From Camelus ferus (taxonomy: Eukaryota): 64,000 nt of DNA. Numbering within the stretch: position 1 is the first letter of the stretch; every line of letters starts with the position of its first letter. The notes under the pieces are model-generated. The model saw only the letters and a program-made list of their open reading frames with translations. It was not told the origin of the DNA and searched no databases. The stretch covers positions 101,248,001 to 101,312,000 of the forward strand of contig NC_045696.1 in the NCBI RefSeq assembly GCF_009834535.1, given 5' to 3'. The position numbers and the translations under genes were made by a program. Positions 39,920-53,085 of the stretch are shown in pieces.

Positions 39920-41300
39920 TTTTTTAATGCTAGATTTTTAATCCATTTGAAATTTGAGAAACAGCCAGGAGGTAGTATTCTTTCTCTCTCCTCAGAACTG
40001 GTTGGACAATACTGTTAAACCCAAACTTAAATTTCATCCATTGTATTGCTATGCCGACATTATCATTTATCAAATACCCGTATATTCACAAGCCTATTTC
40101 TGGGATTCTTTCACAATGCCATTGATATATTTTTTTCTATTGCCAACTTCTTTATGACCTTTTCATTTTTAATATGGCTTGGTTTAGGTTCATACTTCCC
40201 TATGCTGATCAGAAACATCTGTGTTAGGAATAACCTGTAGGAATGGAGATTTTTATTATGCTGAGTTTATAGCTGACTTCTGGGAGAACTGACATCTTAC
40301 ACTTCAAGTATATGATATACTCCTCCATTCAGTCTGATTTTCTTTAATGTTAATAAATTTATCAAAGTTTTATTCATTTATTTTTAGGTTCATTCTTTGC
40401 TACTTTTTAATTTTTTTGCTATTATACATACAATCTTTTCTATTATTTCTTAATTCACTATTGCAGGTTTATTACTTGTGTATATATTGATGTGTGTCCA
40501 GTATATTGCTGAAACCTCTTATTAGTTTTAATAAATTTATCCATTATTTTATTTTCAATTCTCTGGAGAGATATTTGTATTGCCAGGAAATAATTACAGA
40601 TTTCTCTTTCTTTTCCTGTTTTTGAAATATTGTAGAATTGACTAGAAACCCTACAACAGTGGTGGAATTTTGTCCTGTTCTTGACTTTAATGGGAATATT
40701 TATGTCATTTAACTGTTAAGTATGATAATTGCTGTGTTTATAGTTGAACATTTTTATCAGATAAAAGAAGTTCCCATTTATTCATGGTTTGTTAAAATAT
40801 TTTATCAAAACTGTGTGTAGAATTTTATCAAATATTTTTTCTGTAATTGTGGTGTTTTTCTAATTTTGATCTGTTAATGTAGAGGACATTAATAGATTTT
40901 TAAATGTTGTATGATCTTTTAATTCCTAGTTTGTTGTGATTTCCTTTTACTCAGTGCTAGATAAATGTGGTAATACTTACAAAACCATTTTTGCTTTTGT
41001 ATTTACAAGCTCTCCCTCCTGCTATGTCCTAGAGTACATTGATCACCTAAAAATGAATTCAGTCATCTTTTAGCTTTTCAGTAGTCTATAATAACTTTAT
41101 AATTTGAGAAATACCTACTCCTTGAAATATCAATACACCTTATCAATTCAATTTTTCTGAGGCTGGTGTCTAATTTTGAAATTAAATATCAATTTTAAAT
41201 TCATGGTTATTGGTAATTTCAGGTTTTCTAATTCTTGGGCTGTATTTGCTAATCATATTTTTCCTGTAAATTGATCCATTTTACCTTATTTTCAAACTTA
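39920..41300 (-). mobile_element. Old L1 (L1ME-type) ORF2 remnant
   Basis: tttaatccatttgaaat...tgtcctgttcttgactttaatgggaat...gttaagtatgat...aagaagttccc..., reversed L1 ORF2 motifs. Confidence 0.75.
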
Positions 41301-41306
41301 TTATTT

Positions 41307-41318
41307 TATATATATATG

Positions 41319-41370
<52 letters not shown>
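41307..41370. repeat. (TA)n(CA)~24 microsatellite
   Basis: Directly visible; runs into the left TIR of the adjacent Tigger MITE. Confidence 0.95.
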
Positions 41371-41373
<3 letters not shown>

Positions 41374-41605
41374 GACCCTTGAACAACTTTGGGGTTAGGG
41401 ACCCATTGGAAATACAAGTATAACTTATCTTCAGCCCTCTGTATAGGTAGTTTCTCCATATCCTCAGTTCCTCCATATCTGTGGTTCTGCATCCCTAGAT
41501 TCAACTAATCATGGATTATGTGGTACTGTAGTATTTACTATTGAAAAAAATTGATGTATAAGTGGACCCATGCAGTTCAAACCCACATTGTTCAAGAGTC
41601 AACTG
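41369..41605 (-). mobile_element. Tigger2-family MITE (MER8-like), 237 bp
   Basis: Terminal inverted repeats cagttgacccttgaacaa / ttgttcaagagtcaactg (one mismatch); TA follows at 41606-41607. Confidence 0.9.
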
Positions 41606-43880
41606 TATGTTCATAAATTTGAATTTAGTCTGTATCTCTAATTCAGTTCAGTTCTCAGATTTGCATATGGCTTATTTAAGCATTCTTGCTTTTGTTTTTT
41701 GTCCATATTTGCAAAAGTGTTGTCTACTTGGATAATAGTAGGATAATGGTCTTTTGGAAGAACCAAATTTGAAGTGTGTTGATCAACTGAAATACTGTGT
41801 TTATTTTTAAAAACAATGTCTGCTTCATTAACTTCTTTTCTTTTAACTGTTAGAGAAATACAAAGAGATTAGAAGAAAAGATTTTGGCCAGAAAACTAAG
41901 ACAGAGGTGGTTCATAGAACAAAAAGAAAATGCTTAAGTCTCAAAGGGAGTCATAGGGGCCAGAGATTCCTAATGGCAATTCATGATGAAGCATGAGTAA
42001 AGTCAGTAGTGAAAGCCAGGATTGCTGTTTCATCCACTAGGCACTGGGATGTCAGGCCAATGGTTTTCAGCCACTGCTCATCCTGTTTGGTCAGTTGTCT
42101 CTCATGCCTATGCCAGAAGGATTTGATCTTTATTTGCATTATCACTCCCACTCACAAAACTGATGGTGAAATAATAAGGCAGTATAATGAATGTAGGAAT
42201 TATATTTTTAAAAATTCAGTTTAAATATGTTCAAATGTATGTCTTGTAACTTTTACTTAATCTGGGCACAGGCTTGTGAGTGAGTCTTTGATATTCTCTA
42301 GAAAAATAGACAATTTGAATTCCATTACCATATTGAAAATCTTCCTCCGAAGTTCTAATTTCCTATCATTTCTCCTGCATTTGTCTGAAGCTGCTGTTCA
42401 GAATTTTAAATAATTCATTTACATAAGAATCCTTTTCTTAGCTTCAGACAGTGTGAATATTTTTATGTAGATTAAAGTGTACTCATATGAAAATTTTAGG
42501 GGGAAAAAACCCAGAAAACAAAACAAAACAAAAATTCCCAGAAACCAAAAACAGATTATAGATTTAATAAACTACAGTGAATTCACATGTGCCACAGCTA
42601 TTGCAAAAATGTGAAAATCATCAGGTAGGATGCAATTTAGATAAAGTGTTCTACTGTCTATGTATTTATTATTTTTCTTTACCCTGGGATAGGAATTTAA
42701 TATTTTACTTATCTCCCCAAATTATTATGCATTGTGTAAAACTTCTAAGATCAAATTGCACAAAGATCATCATGAAAATATGGATTATCAAGTATAGAAA
42801 AATGTAAGGTGATTTCCCTCCTGCCTAATGTCCCATTAGCCAGATATAAGAAAAAAAAGGGTAGTGAATTTAAAAACAAGAAGCTAACATATTCTACTGC
42901 CTTAAGCACTTTAAATTTTCTAATGAAGGAAACATCTCCTGCTGAGTTTCTCTTCAGAAAATCCAATAAAGTTTTTATTAAAATGAACAGTCACAGAAAA
43001 AGGAAAGTCTAAAATAAAAATTCTCTATATGATTTAATAAGACCTTTTCCTCATAAACAGCACTTAAGTCTCCTTCGTTCGAAAGATCAATAAGACACTC
43101 AAAGATACAGTTTAGTGCAACAGCCATTAATTAGGCTTTGAAGAACACTGTATGGCTAGAAGAAATCATCAATATAAAAGCAAAATGAAAATAGATGTCA
43201 CTGAGAATAACTTTAAAATGAGTAATGATTTAATTACATACTAAAAGTACATAACATTTTGGACTGAATATATGGGACCAGAAAGTTATCAAGCAACCAT
43301 GTATGAGAGACTCTTTCAGATACTTTTCAGTAAGAAACTATTTTATTCATCAGCTAGTGAAGACTCTTCCACTATGACAAACGTTAAGAACCAACGTTGA
43401 TTTTAAATAAACCAAACATTGTTAGTATTGAAGCAAAAGAATCATGTCTTTAACTATTGCAATGAACTCAGAGCCCCACCTCACACTATCCTATAAGTGA
43501 GAATTTAGAGAACACTCTCCCATCCCCTTTTGAGAAAAACAAAGGAACTCTGTAATTGGTATCCCTACAGAAAACTATTAGCAGTGATTAATGTTTTGCC
43601 TGAAAAATAAATGTGAAGCAGGTAAAGTCATTAGATAAATATGCACATTTTACTTTTTTTATTAATTTTGGGGATATTTCAATTTAAAAAGTTCAGTTAA
43701 TTGGTATTTTGTCTATTATAGCAACATATAAGCATTTTATATGAGCTATGGGGGAAGGATAAGCATGTTCTTAAATAATCTTTACCCATGACTTACACAT
43801 AATTAAATTTTTTTAATTTAGGTTTTGGGATTTGAATTTTAAAAGTCAGTTACCACACATAAAATATATTCCTTACTTAC

Positions 43881-43971
43881 CTGCAGTGGGATCACATCTC
43901 ACACTTCCCTGTTCCTCAGTTGTTTCAAAAAATGCCCTGACATGAGTATTATTGGTTATATTGATCATACC
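43881..43971 (-). other. Candidate internal exon (91 nt), gene unidentified
   Basis: ttagtttag|GGTATG...CTGCAG|gtaagtaag with a consensus donor; open frame GMINITNNTHVRAFFETTEEQGSVRCDPTA; not in a recognisable repeat; no homolog recognised. Confidence 0.35.
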
Positions 43972-44906
43972 CTAAACTAATTAAATGCTTACAGTATCTT
44001 CTTTTTGACATATCCTACTGTAATAAATGTCTTAAAACTGAGGAAAGATACACAGATAATATCCACACTTAATGTGATGGTCACAGTCACAAAGGAACAC
44101 CGTGAAAAATCTGTAGCCTTTCCCTTTTCACAGCATTGATCAGTTATTTTGGCTTAAGAGCTGTGGATCCAAGAAATGATCAGTGAACACCCCGACCGCT
44201 TCCCATGGCTCCCCTCCTTCTACCTCTGTCATCCTCATATAGCATGATGACCCTCGATTATAGGCAAAGGATGAAAAAAAAACCTCTGTGTTTTCTTCAC
44301 CCTCCTCTACAAAAAGAGCCTCCTCCTGGAATTTTCTCTGTTCCTTCTTGGCTTAGAAGAGCTTCTTGACTCCCAAGCACTACTCCTATCATCTTTTCTT
44401 TCTTTAAGAAAATGAAGGTAAATATCTTGTTTGATTTGACACACATAAGCCAAACAGAGCTGAGATTCAACCCTGTGATACATTTATTGGAAAATCATGG
44501 ACACTGAATTGCTGGGAGAGGCAATAGACATTATCAATCCTAATTCCTTCATGTATCCTGTAATTCTTTCTGGGTATAAACTGTTTATTTCTAGAGGAGA
44601 GACTACATTTCCCTGGCTCAGGTTGTGCTGTAACTTCTCTCTTATTTGTTAAGAGGCAATGAGGAGTGAGAGGCACCCCCTTTGAAGAGGAAAAGCATAA
44701 CCTTATGAGACACCTTCCTGAACTGACACTTCTGTGGTGTCTCCAGTTAAGAGGAAACTCTCCTCTCTAGCTGGGGGAGGGAGATGTTCAGAAACAGGAG
44801 ATTCTAAAACATGTCCACACAAAGGCCTTTAGGGAGTCACTCTGTTTCTATCAGGAGCATGGTTTTGGCATAGGAAACCCACAGAAGCAGTTCATAAATC
44901 TGTTTT

Positions 44907-45110
44907 GTGACTGTAGTTAATAATACTGTATTGCATATTTAAAAGTTGCTTAAGAGAGTATATCTGAAAAGTTCTCATCACATGAAAAAAACTGTTTAGA
45001 GATGATGTTAACTAGACTTATTGTGATTGTTTCACAATACATATAAATACTGAATCATTTTGTTGTACACTTGAAACTAATATAATGTTATATGTCAGTT
45101 ATATTTCAAC
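44907..45110 (+). mobile_element. L1MA-type 3' end
   Basis: gtgactgtagttaataatactgtattgcatattt...gttctcatcac...tgtacacttgaaactaatataatgttatatgtca. Confidence 0.85.
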
Positions 45111-45130
45111 ACAAACAAACATTAGTTTAC

Positions 45131-45178
45131 CTTGTGATTCAAACATTTAATCTTCATTGATTCATTCTCAGAAAGATG
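45131..45178 (-). other. Candidate internal exon (48 nt), gene unidentified
   Basis: gtattttacag|CATCTT...CACAAG|gtaaac; reads HLSENESMKIKCLNHK, phase 0/0, in frame with 43881-43971. Confidence 0.3.
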
Positions 45179-46129
45179 CTGTAAAATACATTCCACAAAA
45201 TAAGAAGGTAAAAACAAAACATAACAAAGGTTCCATGAGACCCTGGAAATGGGAGAACTAACATGGAAATAAGAGGAAGAGAGTTCTTTAGGGTGCTGGT
45301 AAAGTCCCAGGGAAAGTGCTCTGCTGCAGGCCAAGAGGCCAAGTCCAATTTGACAAATGATGGAGGATTCTGCTTGATCAGATGAGATCAATCAGACACA
45401 ATAATAGTGTCAGACAGTTGGAGGACTATACATAATGGGTAGACTTATATGTAACAAAATATTAGCAACTATTGACTCCAAAAAAAAAAAACTTGCTAGA
45501 AGTGAAACTCATTTATGGAACACAGGTGAATGAACTGTGAGCAATATTTACATAGTTATACTAATGCAAACACTGAATATTTATTAAAAACTAGTTACAA
45601 AAATTATGTCACAACTATATTAGGAGTCTAAGAGGACAAACATATGTATTTGAGGGGAGCACTGAGGAGAGTCAAAATCTCATATTTTTCCATAGAAAAA
45701 TCAACAGATAATATTTAAAATTAAAAATTAAAAAGTAGGTAGTAGAATAATCATGTTACTTAGAAATAAGCATGTAAACACCAGAAGTGTCAACTAACAA
45801 TATAAAATATATTTACCTCTGAAAAGCAGGAATCTGGTGAGGATGCTCGAGACAGGGGACTGCCCTTTTTACATTAGTTGCAAAACATATAGAAATACTA
45901 TGAAGCTATGCACCTTATTATGGTGATTAATAAAAATTAAAAAATAAAACAAAAGGGGAAGTGAAGAATGCATATTTGCATCAGTAAAGAATAGAGTAAG
46001 GTTACAGTTCACAGAACAACTTATCTGTAATTAACTACGTTACCAAAATAGCATCCATTTCTTGGTAATGGAAAGTATAAAAATGGTAGTGCTGAAGAAT
46101 CAAAAACATCCCATCTACGAACTATAGCA

Positions 46130-46310
46130 GATGGGTTTTATTCTCAACTATGACACTTAATAGCTGTGCAGCCTTGGATGAGTTATCTAGACTCTCAAAC
46201 CACAGTTTCCTTATCTATAAAAAGGGTCACAGAACTGGTGGGAGGATTTAATAAAATAATCCATTTAAAACATCCTCTGTTCTACCTGACATGAGAAAAT
46301 ATAGCTGGTT
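46130..46310 (+). mobile_element. MIR SINE
   Basis: acttaatagctgtgcagccttggatgagtta...cagtttccttatctataaaaggg...gaggattta. Confidence 0.8.
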
Positions 46311-48055
46311 ATTAGTCTTTAGGAATCAGTTTTTTAAATTGTCAAAATAATATAATCTGTCAATGAAGTTACAATGTTCATTGTGTTCACTGAATTACGG
46401 TTAATTTAAAAAGTCACAAATACAAATAATTACACTGAAATTGTCTGTTCTCCTGATTTTCCAAACTGACATCAATCACTGCATTAGTCATTTTGATGCT
46501 TTTAGCTAAGTAAGGCACTGGTCCATACATGAGACTAACAATAACAAACACAATTATTTGGGGTCATTCTTCTAAATGTAATGAAAAAATCTAGAACATT
46601 TCTTCAATTCATAGAAGAGACAGAATATCTAAAGATTTCCCTAAACAAATTGATGCTTCCTTTGTGCCTCCTTGTCACTCTATATGGGTATCATATGTCA
46701 ATGTTCAGCAAGTGTGAAAGAGAAATACAGTTGTGTGCTTTGGACTTCTTCAATGCAAGAGAGATAAGTAGGAAAAAATGCGTTCAATGTCAGTCCTCAA
46801 TGTAAGTTAGAAGCTAGAAACATAAAAATGCTAGTGGGAAATATGATGTATGGAAATTGGTTTGCCTAACCCTACTTTCTGACAGAGAATGATGGTTCCC
46901 TTCTATTTATCTATTTGGTATCATAAACTGCCTATCTCAGCCGCAGGGTTGATTTTGCTCTCCATGAAGCAGATGGTGAATCACAGCTAAATCAAAAACT
47001 GCAACTGTTTTAAATGTAAGGAAGTGCAGTTTGTCTGTCTCCCAATGAGGACACTCCAGCAAACATGAATTTCCCTTACCAGTACTAGCTGAGTGAAGCT
47101 ATTTTAAAATACTTCTAGTCAAGGACAGATTTTCATTATTTCTTCATCAAAGTGTTTTTCTATTATACTCAGTTCAAAAAGAAAAATGAGTCTTAGCTAT
47201 ACAAAGCAAATGATCAGCTACTTATACTTTACATCTATCAAATATGCCAATTTTTTAAGTCTAGTGTGTTTTAATAGTGTTTTTATTGATAGCTGTTTAA
47301 AGAAATACATAGTGTTTTGAGAAAAATGATTTCTCTTTATTGTTATATATCATCTAATTTTTCCAACATTATAAATATCACCTTGAGAGATATTACAAGA
47401 TTAAGAAGAGTGCTGAAAGCCATGATTTTTAGCTTAGAAAATTTATTATTTTAAAGAATAGACACAAGAAATACATTTTCATGTAAAAGAAATTACTGCA
47501 AGCCAACGAGAAGCAAAATTTTTGGCAGGTGAAATACGCAATATAAATAAATACTAAAGGAATCAAAGTGACAAGAGGACCATCGGATGGAATTAGCTAG
47601 TTCTTGAAAGGAAGTTGTTCAGCAGCGCAGTAGGTGGGATAAGTATATTCAAACATATTTCTCCATATATTTATTTATGAAGAGATTCAAAATCACTAAG
47701 AATGTGACACTGTTAGCGCATTTTTTTGTGATTTGAATCACAAGTCCCTCACTATTTGATTGTGCTATGTATTTAACATATTACTTGTAAAATATTAATG
47801 ATTTAACTCATATTCATGGAATTGTTTAATTATAAGAGATTTATTTAAGTAAAATTGTGACAAATCTAACACAAAGTCCTCAGCAATCACATTTCCCTTA
47901 TTTCCCCCACTTTTATCATCTCTTCAAATTGCCTTCAGAACATGGCGTATTCTGACTATACATTTAAAAATGTTTAAAAAGTATTTTATATAAAAGAAAG
48001 GAACCTGATCTCAGCAAATAGGTCTATAAACTTTAGCTTTCCGTCTTTGTCAGTG

Positions 48056-48271
48056 AATGGTTCTCCACCCAGGAGGTTTATCCCTGGGGAATTTGGAAAT
48101 TATTGGAGGCATTTTTGGTTATCACAACCATGGAGTGCTGCTGGCACTTAGTGAGTAGAGGACAGCAATAATGCTAAATATCCTAAAATATACAAAATAC
48201 ACAGGAGAGCCCTCCCCCCAAAAGAATTATCCAGCTCAGAAAGTCAACAAGATAGAGGTTGAGAAACCCTG
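48056..48271 (+). mobile_element. MER20 hAT-Charlie MITE
   Basis: tggttctcc...catttttggttatcacaac...gtgctgctggcacttagtgagtagagg...aagaattatccagc...gaggttgagaaaccctg. Confidence 0.85.
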
Positions 48272-48399
48272 GTCTAGGTAATGAAAATAGTCCCTCATGT
48301 TTAATAAAATATTTTAAATGAGTGTAGAAGTAATCCATTTTTCTTTCAGAATAAGAATTGCCTCATAAAGTTTATAACAGAAGAAGATAAGAATGGCAG

Positions 48400-48660
48400 A
48401 AATATAGCATGAAGGAGTAAAAAAGAGCTCAGATTTTTCTGGCTGAAAGTCATAGGTTTACATAATTGATTCCAACAAGTACAGTCTATGAAGAAAGTGG
48501 GTAAATTATCTCAATGTCCCTGAGCACCCATTTCCTCAGCTAAAAAGTAGAGATAACAATGCCTTCCTTTAATGGCTGTAAAAATTAAATGGGATAATAT
48601 ACATAAAATTTCTAGCAGAATGTATAGCAAAAATAGATGCTCAAAGAATAAACACTTTGA
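48400..48660 (+). mobile_element. MIR SINE
   Basis: ctgagcacccatttcctcagctaaaaagtagagataac...aattaaatgggataatatacataaa...atagatgctca. Confidence 0.7.
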
Positions 48661-50469
48661 TTATATAGAGGTAAGGCCAAGAATAAATCATACTCTAGAA
48701 TAAATTCATACTCAGCCAAAATGATTTGACTTTAAATCATTGTGAAGTTTGCATTCTGACCTCAGAAGCTAAACGATTGCACATTTTTTGTTAGATCAAA
48801 GGGCAGTGCAGCCATATTGCTAACCACTCGACTCTCTCCTTGTCAACCACCCAACAGTGCTGTTTTTTTTTTCTGTGACTATTTTTAGTTCCTGTAACCA
48901 ACTTTTACATCTTTAAGATTAATGCTGTATAAATATTTTATCATTAATATGTTTCTTCTTCCAATTTTCAATTACAATATTTATCTAAGATGGAATATTT
49001 TCCTGTTTTCTATTGATATATTGACTTAAAAGAGCTGACAAGAGGAATAAGGAGAATTCACTAGGGGACACAAGTCCATAGTAAATAAAATTGCTAAAAC
49101 CGCAAATCCCAGCAAACAAGAGCTGATTACAAGAAGGTCAGGTTATATTTCCTCCTAAAAAAATCTAATGTGAAAATTGAAATCTATGAAGTATCTCAGC
49201 ACCATTAAAGTTTCAAACTGTCCCTGTAGTATATGAACCAGAGGTATGTATTCAGTCCATAGAATGCAATGGAATTGAGGGCTGTATGGTCTATTACAGG
49301 GAAGTTTTAATGATACTTGATCACTAATAAGTTGAAAATATGGGCAATTACTACTTCCAAATCCAAATACTAGTCAAAATCCTACATTATTGTGTTTTCT
49401 TATATTAATAGTTGTATTATATGCCAAATAACAGACACATTGTAAGAAATTAAAAATCTACTTAAGTAACACAGAACAAAAGGAGAATTTTTCCCATGTC
49501 TGGTGTTAATGTTAGAAATTGAAGTTAGAAATCTGGTTATTGAGAACCTACTGGTATATGTGAATGTGTATAGTGTGGAATACTCTTTTTGAAAATGCCT
49601 TAAAATTGGCCTTTAAAAAATGAAACTTCACTGAAATAACATGAAATTCTTAAAATTCTTGCCACAAAAAAAATAAAATAAAATAAAACTTAGGTCTACC
49701 TTAAAAATAGCTCTACAGAAGAGTGAAAATGTAACACATGCTAATATGTAATATTGCTTTAATAAAATATTGCTTTGATAAATGCTGAATGCTGCAGAAG
49801 TTCTAAAAAGGGGAGAGGGGAATTCTCTGCTAGATAAAATAAGTAGAAATAGTCTTTAAATTTTGGCAACTTGTAAATGAGCCCATGGGCAAATAATGAT
49901 TTTACCCTCTTTCTGACAATATTTATAGATAATTGGATAATATTGATTCAAATTTTCTCAGTGTTTATGGATTGCAAATTGAAAATTCCAAAGAAGCGAA
50001 AAATAGTCATGAGACTTTTTTTAAAGGACAACCAGAAATATCAGACTTTGTTATCTTCAAGTATACATGTTACAGGTAAACAGTATATAAAGTTCTGAGT
50101 GCTTGTTTTGCATGTAAAATTATTTACTCTGACAAAGTATCAATTAAATTTAAAAGTAAATGATTACTGTCTTATAAGTTCAAGAACTCGGAAAATTCAA
50201 TTCCCAGACATTTTTGGGGGGAAAATGTATTTGAGGGTGTATTGTAGCAAAGCAAGAAAATAAAGACAATTGAATCTGAAGAAGAAGATGTGAGATAAAA
50301 GAATAAATAAATATTGATGATTTGAATTTTCTTAACTTGGAATTAAAGATTAATGATTATTTCACATAGAGCACGATAAATGTTACATCACAACATGATG
50401 CAAGACAAAACAAAATAAAACAAATAAAAATAGGCAGCCAAAAATAACCCTCCAATGTCCAGTGGATGT

Positions 50470-52265
50470 AGGATTTATCATCAGTACAGAAAAGATGGCA
50501 TGTCTAGCTTCTGCCTAAAAATATGGGGAGATAGAAGGAGCGCTGCTCCACACCTTATAGTGAAAAAGAGCTGAGTTAATTTTAAACGTATAACTTGTTT
50601 TGAGCCCTTCAAATTCCTGAGGTCACAGAACAACCAACTTGCACCAAATCTCAGGGGAGACAATGCATGCAGGGAAGGACACACAAAGACACAACTATCA
50701 CTCTCTGGGGTTGATGGAACTGGACACCGGTATAGAGTTTGGCTAAAATAGTTGACAAATTGGTAAAGACTGAGTACAGACTGTGGAACAAAGTGAAACC
50801 TTTAGGAGGCAAGAAACTGAGATGTCTACACCATTTTGCAGGTGCTATTCCTTTAATGGCACCAGGTGTGCACAGAAAAGATTGGGAATAGACCCAAGAC
50901 GTGAGACACGGCTAAGGGAAGAGAACAGCTACTTGAGACAGCAAACAATCCCACAAGACTGGTTTCCTCGGTCTTAGTTTGCTATGGCCGTCGTAGCAAA
51001 GCACCACAAACTGGATGGCTTAAAGAATAGAAGTTGTGAGGGTTTTTTTGTTTTTGTTTCGGGTTTTTTTTCCCCCTCACAGTTCTGGAGGCTAGAAGTC
51101 TGAGATCTAAGTATCAGTTGGTTCCTTCAGCTGACTGTAAGGGAGAGTATCTTTCATGCCCCTCTCTTAGCTTCTAGTGGTTTGCTGGCAGCTCTGGCTT
51201 TCCTTGGCCTGTAGGTACGTCACCTCGATCTCTGCCTTCATGTTCACACGGGGCTCTCCGTTTGTGCATCTTGAGTTTTGTGTCTAAAGTGTTTCCATTT
51301 TAAAAGGACGAGTCATACTGAATTAGGGCACACTCTGATAACCTCATTTTAACCTTTTTATCTCAGAAAAATCCTGTCTCCAAACAACATCGCATTCTGA
51401 GACATCGCATTCTGGGAGTTAGGACCCCAGCGTGTTTCCTGAGGGACAAAATTCGGTCCACAACATTCTCTACCTACACTATAGAACACAAGCCTTTATC
51501 GGTGGGAAAGGCAAGAATTACAGTCCTTAGAGCACTAGTGAAAATTCATTACATGTGGGAAAAGAAACAGGGGAAGAATCCTACTCTTGGCTGGGAGAAA
51601 ATATTATATACGGACCCCACAACCATAGCTGAGAAAAGGACAAAAGAACTGAATGTCACACTGCTGAGACCCAGTGACACAGTGCATGCCCATGTTTGAG
51701 GCTTGGCCAGGAAAGCAGTGAGCATACCCCCACCACAAGCTAACAGCCTACAGATAACAAGTAAGAGCAGATTACTGCTGAAAGAGTGGCAGGGGAGGAA
51801 CAAGAACTTGTGCAGAGACTCTTTAATGCACAGCACAAGCAGAAGATCCAAGTCTCAGAATCAGGCATCTCTTTGGGAAACCATCCTCCACCCTAAATAC
51901 AAGCTATCTCTACAGAGCTTTGAAATCTGATGTGCAGTGAGGGTAACCATAGCAACAACAATATCAAACGTAGCCCAACTCCCAAGTATAGTAAATGAAG
52001 CCCTGTTCTAAAGGTCTAGCAGAAGGAAAAGGATACACATGCCCAGACATAGAAACAATTTTCAGTCTCTGCTGCCCCACATAAAATGTCTGCCTTTCCT
52101 CAAAAAATTCTGAGGCATAACAAAAACAAGCAAGAGTCTGAAGAGACAAAATGATCAGAAGTATGAGACTCAGATATGACACAGACGTCAAAGAATCTGA
52201 TAGGAAATTTCAAATAATTATGGTTAATATGTTCAAGACACTAATGGAAAAGGTAGGCAATATGC
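50470..52265 (+). mobile_element. Old L1 5' region (UTR to ORF1 start), interrupted by an MLT1 LTR
   Basis: aagatggcatg..., then after the LTR gagactcagatatgacacag...gataggaaatttcaaataattatggttaatatgttcaagacactaatggaaaaggta (ORF1 start-like). Confidence 0.6.
50970..51465 (-). mobile_element. MaLR LTR (MLT1B/C-like)
   Basis: caccacaaactggatggcttaaa...cacagttctggaggctagaagtctgagatc...ctctgccttcatgttcacac...attcggtccacaaca. Confidence 0.88.
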
Positions 52266-52427
52266 CATTTGGTATGCAAAGTGTCACAAAGAATTAAATG
52301 GTATTTCTATATACTATCTATGACAAATTGGAATTTAAAATCTTTTTTTTTTAAGAAAAATACCATTTTCAATATGACCAAAGGAAAAAAGAAAGGAAGG
52401 CAGACAGGTAGGCAGGCGGGAAGGAAA

Positions 52428-52849
52428 TTATCCGGGTTGGACTGTGTCACTCCCAAAATCTGTATGTTGGAGCCCTAACTCTCAGTATCTCAGAATGTGA
52501 CTATACTTGGAGATGGAGTCTTTTAATAAAATAATTTAATAAGTTAAAATGAGGTCCTTAGGATAAGCTCTAATCCAATCTAACTGATGGCCTTATGAAA
52601 AAAAAAAAAAAAAAGAAGATGAGGATACAAAGATAGACACCAGGGATGCAGGCTCACAGAGAAAAAAGCATGTGACAATATAAGCCATCCATCTGCAAGC
52701 CAAGGAGAAATGCCTCAGAAGAAATCAAACCTGCTGATACTTTGATCTTGGATTTCTAGCCTCCAGAATCATGAATGAATAAATTTCTGTTAGTTAAGCC
52801 ACCTAGTCTGTGGTATTTTTTTAAATGGCAGCCCTAACAAACTAACACA
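52428..52849 (+). mobile_element. MaLR LTR (MLT1A/B-like)
   Basis: ctcagaatgtgactatacttggagat...catctgcaagccaaggaga...tttgatcttggatttctagcctccagaa...aataaatttctgtt...gcagccctaacaaactaacaca. Confidence 0.9.
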
Positions 52850-52869
52850 GAGGGAAGGGAGAAAAGCAG

Positions 52870-53085
52870 AGAAGTAAAAGTAAAAGAAATGCTGAGGTAG
52901 AACTTCAACAGCTTACCTGTAGAATATGCGTGCTAAAAAATGATGGAACTTTGAGGAAGAGAATAAAGAATATCTAAATCAATGGAGAAAGACCTTGTGT
53001 GCATAGAATGGGAGGTTCAGTATAATCAGGAGGCCAGTTCTACCCAATCTGATTTATAGATTCAACACAATCCCAATCAGAATTT
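52870..53085 (+). mobile_element. L1 ORF2 fragment
   Basis: ctaaatcaatggagaaagaccttgtgtgcatag...tgatttatagattcaacacaatcccaatcagaat (YRFNxIPIxI motif). Confidence 0.7.
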
